A stretch of DNA of 45,404 nt, taken from positions 1-45,404 of the forward strand of contig JAFVYW010000110.1 of the NCBI GenBank assembly GCA_017508465.1, in the 5' to 3' direction. The notes beneath the pieces are model-generated. The model was given only the letters and a program-made list of their open reading frames with translations, made no database searches and was not told the DNA's origin. The stretch is from Clostridia bacterium (GTDB lineage Bacteria > Bacillota > Clostridia > Oscillospirales > CAG-272). How positions within the stretch are numbered: position 1 is the first letter of the stretch; every line of letters begins with the position of its first letter. Of this stretch, positions 45,026-45,404 are shown one piece after another. Position numbers and translations under genes: made by a program.

Positions 45026-45262
45026 ATGAATTTAAACGAAGCCATTATCAAACGCATTGAAGAAATTTGCGAAGAGCAAAACAGCAATGTTTGCGACATC
45101 GCTCTGCGCGGTGGCATGTCTCCGTCGGCAATTTATGACCTTTTCAAAGGAAGAACAAAATGCTCTAAAGTCATTACCGTAAAACGCTTTTGCGAAGGTG
45201 CGGGCATCACCTTGTCTGAATTTTTCGACAGAGATTATTTTGACACAATAGAAGATGATTAA
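45026..45262 (+). CDS. XRE-family helix-turn-helix transcriptional regulator (78 aa)
   Basis: Start MNLNEAI with a GGAGGGGAG SD. The CDIALRGGMSPSAIYDLFKGRTKCSKVITVKRFCEGAGITLSEFF layout is typical of Cro/C1 HTH proteins. Confidence 0.7.
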   Translation: MNLNEAIIKRIEEICEEQNSNVCDIALRGGMSPSAIYDLFKGRTKCSKVITVKRFCEGAGITLSEFFDRDYFDTIEDD

Positions 45263-45269
45263 GTATAAA

Positions 45270-45404
45270 AGGGGCTGCTTCATTTAGGCATAACCGAACG
45301 AAAAACGACAGAGGTACAATCAAATTGCCTCTGTCGTTTACAGATTAAGAGGAAACTAAGGTCAAAACCTACGGTTTTCTCTTTTTTTATTTAGGTTTTT
45401 CGTT
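45270..45404. repeat. MITE-like palindromic element, copy 2 (inverted relative to copy 1, truncated by the window end)
   Basis: 135 nt equal the reverse complement of 40739-40873 with one mismatch (ACAGATT vs ACTGATT). Confidence 0.75.

Overview
This 45.4 kb window looks like a Firmicutes/Clostridia-type chromosome. I infer that from strong Shine-Dalgarno sites, TTGACA-17-TATAAT promoters, 4-nt ATGA gene overlaps and gene content; no search was run. Recognisable housekeeping genes are coaW, a heterodimeric ABC exporter pair, luxS, mtnN, a DinG/XPD-like helicase, ackA, greA, prfC, trmB (frameshifted) and a DUF554 membrane protein. Several features stand out. (1) A 2628-aa tail-anchored protein built from nine ~200-230-aa charged coiled-coil modules sits in an operon with a truncated MutS paralog, coaW and a 73-aa basic protein. 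(2) A single ORF fuses a TetM/EF-G-like translational GTPase to a Rae1/YacP-type NYN ribonuclease domain. It follows an orphan methyltransferase with NPPQ in place of NPPY, and both genes lie between two paralogous FAD oxidoreductases. (3) A 1.35 kb gene-free stretch holds six back-to-back promoter + short RNA + terminator units. The RNAs form three sequence families, and one family shows a compensatory base-pair change. (4) Two paralogous ~1150-aa secreted proteins resemble beta-helix folds. (5) A ~160-bp palindromic MITE-like element occurs in two near-identical inverted copies bracketing a 4.4 kb island. The island carries a BspA-type LRR protein, a glutaminase-like gene broken by an in-frame TAG, and a YpsA-like SLOG gene divergent from an XRE regulator with palindromic operators. 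All homology statements come from remembered motifs and family sequences. They need HMM/BLAST confirmation.
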